IMG/VR virus record: IMGVR_UViG_3300043411_001777
Span: 25,968 to 89,967 of that record
Direction: 5' to 3' (one strand)
DNA from: a virus
DNA length: 64,000 nt
Below the pieces are notes generated by a model. That model was not told where the DNA came from. It searched no databases and worked only from the letters and a program-made list of their open reading frames with translations. This document shows positions 61,155 through 64,000 of the stretch, piece by piece. Numbering within the stretch: the first letter of the stretch is position 1; every line of letters begins with the position of its first letter. The position numbers and the translations under genes were made by a program.

Positions 61155-64000
61155 CGCGTCTCGCGGCCACCCTAAAAATGCTGTATTACCCCACCCAAGA
61201 TCGAATCCTCGATCTTTTGGGTGAATACATAACCTTCACTAAGCCCTATTGGGTGAAAGAGCAAAAGCTCTTCCTTTTGGACCCTTGTTGTGGTGACGGT
61301 GCTGCGCTGAGCTTTCTTGCAAGCATTTGGTCCTCTTCGATTCCTACTGAAACGTGGGGCATTGAACTCCACGAGGAACGAGCTAAGAAGGCCAAGCTGC
61401 TGCTTGATCATGCCTATCACGGCAGTATGCACCAAGCCCTAATTACGGGCAAGTTTCACTGTGTCCTCCTAAACCCACCTTACGACTCTGGAGGTGAAGG
61501 GGAGCGCCAGGAAGTTCAATTCCTGCAAGACGCAACCCCATGGCTTGCCCACAATGGGATGCTCATTCTCATCATCCCGAGAAAGATTCTCCGCTTAGAC
61601 TCTTTCCGCCAGCATATGGGGGTTCACTACTCCTACGTAGACGTTTTCGACTACCCCTCTCCCGAAAAGGAGCAATTCAATCAGGTTGTTGTAATCGCAC
61701 GTCGCGATACCCATGGCTATTACCAGCGGGGGGTTCCGAATATCGACGCACCCTTCTTCCCAGAGTTGGGGAGCAAGAATTTCAATTGGGAAACTCCCCG
61801 AATTGACGAACGCCCCAAAGTTCGGGTGGTGAATTTCGATCCTGAGGAATGGGTCGATAAGCTCCCTGGCTATAGCACCCAGCAATGGCAGCGGGCAATG
61901 CTGGACCAATCGGCGCAAGCCCATACGCCTTTGATGATGCCACGCCCAGGTCACCGGGCACTGCTGCTTGCGGCAGGGCAGCTAAACGGCTATGAGCTGC
62001 GGCCTGGGTTGCTTGTTAAGGGCAGTTCAGAAAAGACCAAGCTGGTCATCCCGCAAGGGGATGAAGTTCTAGAACGGGAGAAGATCGTTACTCGAATCTC
62101 CCAGCTCGATATCACCAATGGTGTATTTGACACTTGGCTCGTTCACGAGCATCAGGATAAGACCGTTCAATGGTTCTTGGAATACGGCGACGATCTATCA
62201 AAGGCGATCATCGCAACCCACAAGCCCCTTTTCAACGGAGACACCACACCGTGGGCCCCTGAGCTGGCCAAATTGCGGGCTCCTGGAATCCTCCCCGGAA
62301 AGACAACCCCCGAGTTTTTCCAGCTTCAAGTTGAAGCCGCTTGCGCTATCGCTTTGAGGTGGCGAAAGCACAAAAACACTAATGTTTCCGGAGAAATGGG
62401 TGTCGGCAAGACCACCCTCGGAATTGTCGCCTCAGAAATTTCCAAGCACAAGAAAACGATTGTCGTTTGCCCTTCCCACCTCGTAAAGAAGTGGGTTCGG
62501 GAATGCGCGATCATTACGGGACAACCTGGGGTTGCATTTCTGGCAAAGAAGCTCTCCGATGTCGACCGGTTTTTCGCGCCCGGCGCTCCCGCTCGATTCC
62601 TGATTATTAGTAAAGAAACCGCTAAGTTGGGGGCCAAGTGGCGCCATGCTTTCCACGTTAAAACTTCCCTTCATCGGAAGTGGCGTTGGGACGGTCCCGA
62701 GAAAGTCCAGGAAAAGCTCACTTATGTGAGTGCACACTGCCCTACCTGCGGAGAAACGCCGTTCTTTGCGGAGGAAACCGCAATCCAAGTCAGCCTAGAA
62801 CAGGCTCTCCAGAACAAGACAAAGGGGAAATGTCAGGCTTTGACCCCCGTCAAGTATGGCGTCACCACGGCGGAGGGGGCCGCTGTAGCTCCCGTGTTCC
62901 CGATCCCGCCCAAAAAGGACGACGATGACCCTCGCCATCGCTGTTTCAGCTCGCTTTGGCAGAGTGAGCCTTTGTCTGCAAAGGGGACAAAGCGTTGGGC
63001 GTTGGCAAAGTACGTCAATACGCATTACCCCCGCCAATACAGTCTGATTACAGACGAAGCACACATTCTTGCGAAGTCGGATTCGGATCAGGCCCGTGCG
63101 GTCCAGCTACTGGAATCCCAAGCGGTAAAGACTCTTTCAATGACGGGGACGATCTACAGCGGCCGTGCTAGCGGGCTGTTCCATCTTCTCTATAAGACGG
63201 ATGGGGCTTTCCGACTCCTGTACAAGTACGATGAGACTCAGCTCTTTGTTGAGCATCATGGGCTGTTTGAAAGGGTCTTCAAGGAAGAAGAATACACGTC
63301 AACGTACGGCTATAAGAAGGGGAAAGGAAGTGGCCGGTTGCGGGAGATTCCGGGAATGTCTCCTGGAATGATTCCGCTATTGCTCCCGTCAACGATCTTC
63401 CTAAAGCTCAAAGACCTAGACGTAGAGCTTCCTCCATATCGTGAAATCGTGGTCTCGCTCAACCATGATGGGGATGTGCTTCGACAGGCTCAACTGTTAA
63501 AGGATAACGCGCTCGCAGTGATGCGTAAGCATCCCGAGCTGTTGGGCCAATACCTAATGGCCTGTCTCGGTTATCCCGACGCCCCCGAGAACGAAGAGAA
63601 CATCGTTCTTAGGGACGAGGATGGGTATGAGGAAGTCATCGCGCACGCGGATGCGATCCCCAAGGAATCCTATCCTAAGGACCGTTATGTTGTAAACACG
63701 GTCAAAAACGAAAAGGAAGCTGGCCGTAGGGTGCTGGTGTTCTTCTCCCAGACTCATAAGCGTGATGCCCGAATGCGGGTCCAGCGTTTGCTGGAGGCCG
63801 AAGGGCTAAAGGTCGTAGTGCTCGACAGTAACGTCACGCCCGAAAAGCGTGAAGAATGGGTAGCAGAGCAAGTCGAAAAGGGTTTCGATGTCATGTTGAC
63901 CAATGGTCGGCTGGTCGAAACCGGCCTTGACCTTTTGTTTGCTCACACTATCATCCAATACGGTACAGAGTACAGCATCAATACGCTACGTCAAAGCATT
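61151..64000 (+). CDS. N6-adenine (NPPY) DNA methyltransferase fused to an SNF2/DEAD-like helicase (DarB-like polyvalent protein); 3'-partial, at least 950 aa
   Basis: N-terminal LLDPCCGDGA (SAM-binding) and LLNPPYDSG (catalytic). Downstream come Walker A GEMGVGKT, DEAH-box ITDEAH and helicase motif III MTGT. The frame is open to the window end. It is absent from the ORF track because no stop lies in the window. Confidence 0.85.
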   Translation, partial: MTRLAATLKMLYYPTQDRILDLLGEYITFTKPYWVKEQKLFLLDPCCGDGAALSFLASIWSSSIPTETWGIELHEERAKKAKLLLDHAYHGSMHQALITGKFHCVLLNPPYDSGGEGERQEVQFLQDATPWLAHNGMLILIIPRKILRLDSFRQHMGVHYSYVDVFDYPSPEKEQFNQVVVIARRDTHGYYQRGVPNIDAPFFPELGSKNFNWETPRIDERPKVRVVNFDPEEWVDKLPGYSTQQWQRAMLDQSAQAHTPLMMPRPGHRALLLAAGQLNGYELRPGLLVKGSSEKTKLVIPQGDEVLEREKIVTRISQLDITNGVFDTWLVHEHQDKTVQWFLEYGDDLSKAIIATHKPLFNGDTTPWAPELAKLRAPGILPGKTTPEFFQLQVEAACAIALRWRKHKNTNVSGEMGVGKTTLGIVASEISKHKKTIVVCPSHLVKKWVRECAIITGQPGVAFLAKKLSDVDRFFAPGAPARFLIISKETAKLGAKWRHAFHVKTSLHRKWRWDGPEKVQEKLTYVSAHCPTCGETPFFAEETAIQVSLEQALQNKTKGKCQALTPVKYGVTTAEGAAVAPVFPIPPKKDDDDPRHRCFSSLWQSEPLSAKGTKRWALAKYVNTHYPRQYSLITDEAHILAKSDSDQARAVQLLESQAVKTLSMTGTIYSGRASGLFHLLYKTDGAFRLLYKYDETQLFVEHHGLFERVFKEEEYTSTYGYKKGKGSGRLREIPGMSPGMIPLLLPSTIFLKLKDLDVELPPYREIVVSLNHDGDVLRQAQLLKDNALAVMRKHPELLGQYLMACLGYPDAPENEENIVLRDEDGYEEVIAHADAIPKESYPKDRYVVNTVKNEKEAGRRVLVFFSQTHKRDARMRVQRLLEAEGLKVVVLDSNVTPEKREEWVAEQVEKGFDVMLTNGRLVETGLDLLFAHTIIQYGTEYSINTLRQSI

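Noticed and set aside
1-64000. CRISPR arrays, rRNA and tRNA genes
   Set aside because: No regularly spaced direct repeats with unique spacers were seen, and no rRNA-like stretches. I could not confidently identify any tRNA cloverleaf by eye in the few non-coding gaps. A tRNAscan run would be needed to exclude small tRNAs.

Overview
This 64-kb window is GC-rich (about 55%) and packed with short genes (roughly 130 CDS). The genes lie in alternating single-strand blocks: minus 178-18675, plus 18780-22273, minus 22305-24179, plus 24253-27974, minus 28204-36401, plus 36456-54866, minus 54867-60527, plus 60597-64000. Most neighbouring genes abut or overlap at start/stop codons (ATGA, GTGA, TAATG), and I found no rRNA, tRNA or CRISPR array. 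This organisation fits an accessory (early, anti-defence or moron) region of a large dsDNA phage or prophage rather than bacterial housekeeping DNA.

Products recognisable from motifs are listed here; coordinates, motifs and confidences are in the features.
- A TnpB RNA-guided nuclease (IS200/IS605 OrfB) with its RuvC D/E/D triad and zinc ribbon intact. It has no TnpA and no room for transposon ends, and it sits at the head of an array of five diverged paralogous small proteins.
- A radical SAM enzyme, an HD-domain protein and a Pol-beta-type nucleotidyltransferase.
- Two Dam-like (D12) N6-adenine methyltransferases, plus a 3'-partial methyltransferase fused to an SNF2-like helicase (DarB-like).
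- A cluster of RtcB RNA ligase, a short PurA-like adenylosuccinate synthetase (a PurZ candidate), a HAD 5'(3')-deoxyribonucleotidase, a NADAR domain protein and a macro domain protein.
- A DHH-DHHA1 phosphoesterase.
- An SPFH/band-7 lipoprotein, a GatB/YqeY-domain protein and an ATP-grasp enzyme.
- Three paralogous HExxH zincin-like proteins, one of them with a GNAT-like module.
- Two small P-loop NTPases, a HicA-like fusion protein and a homing-endonuclease-like gene.

Several further tandem paralog families are present, along with short repeats and palindromes. All functional assignments rest on motif recognition by eye; no database search was possible. Start codons were refined by RBS and overlap logic where I could.
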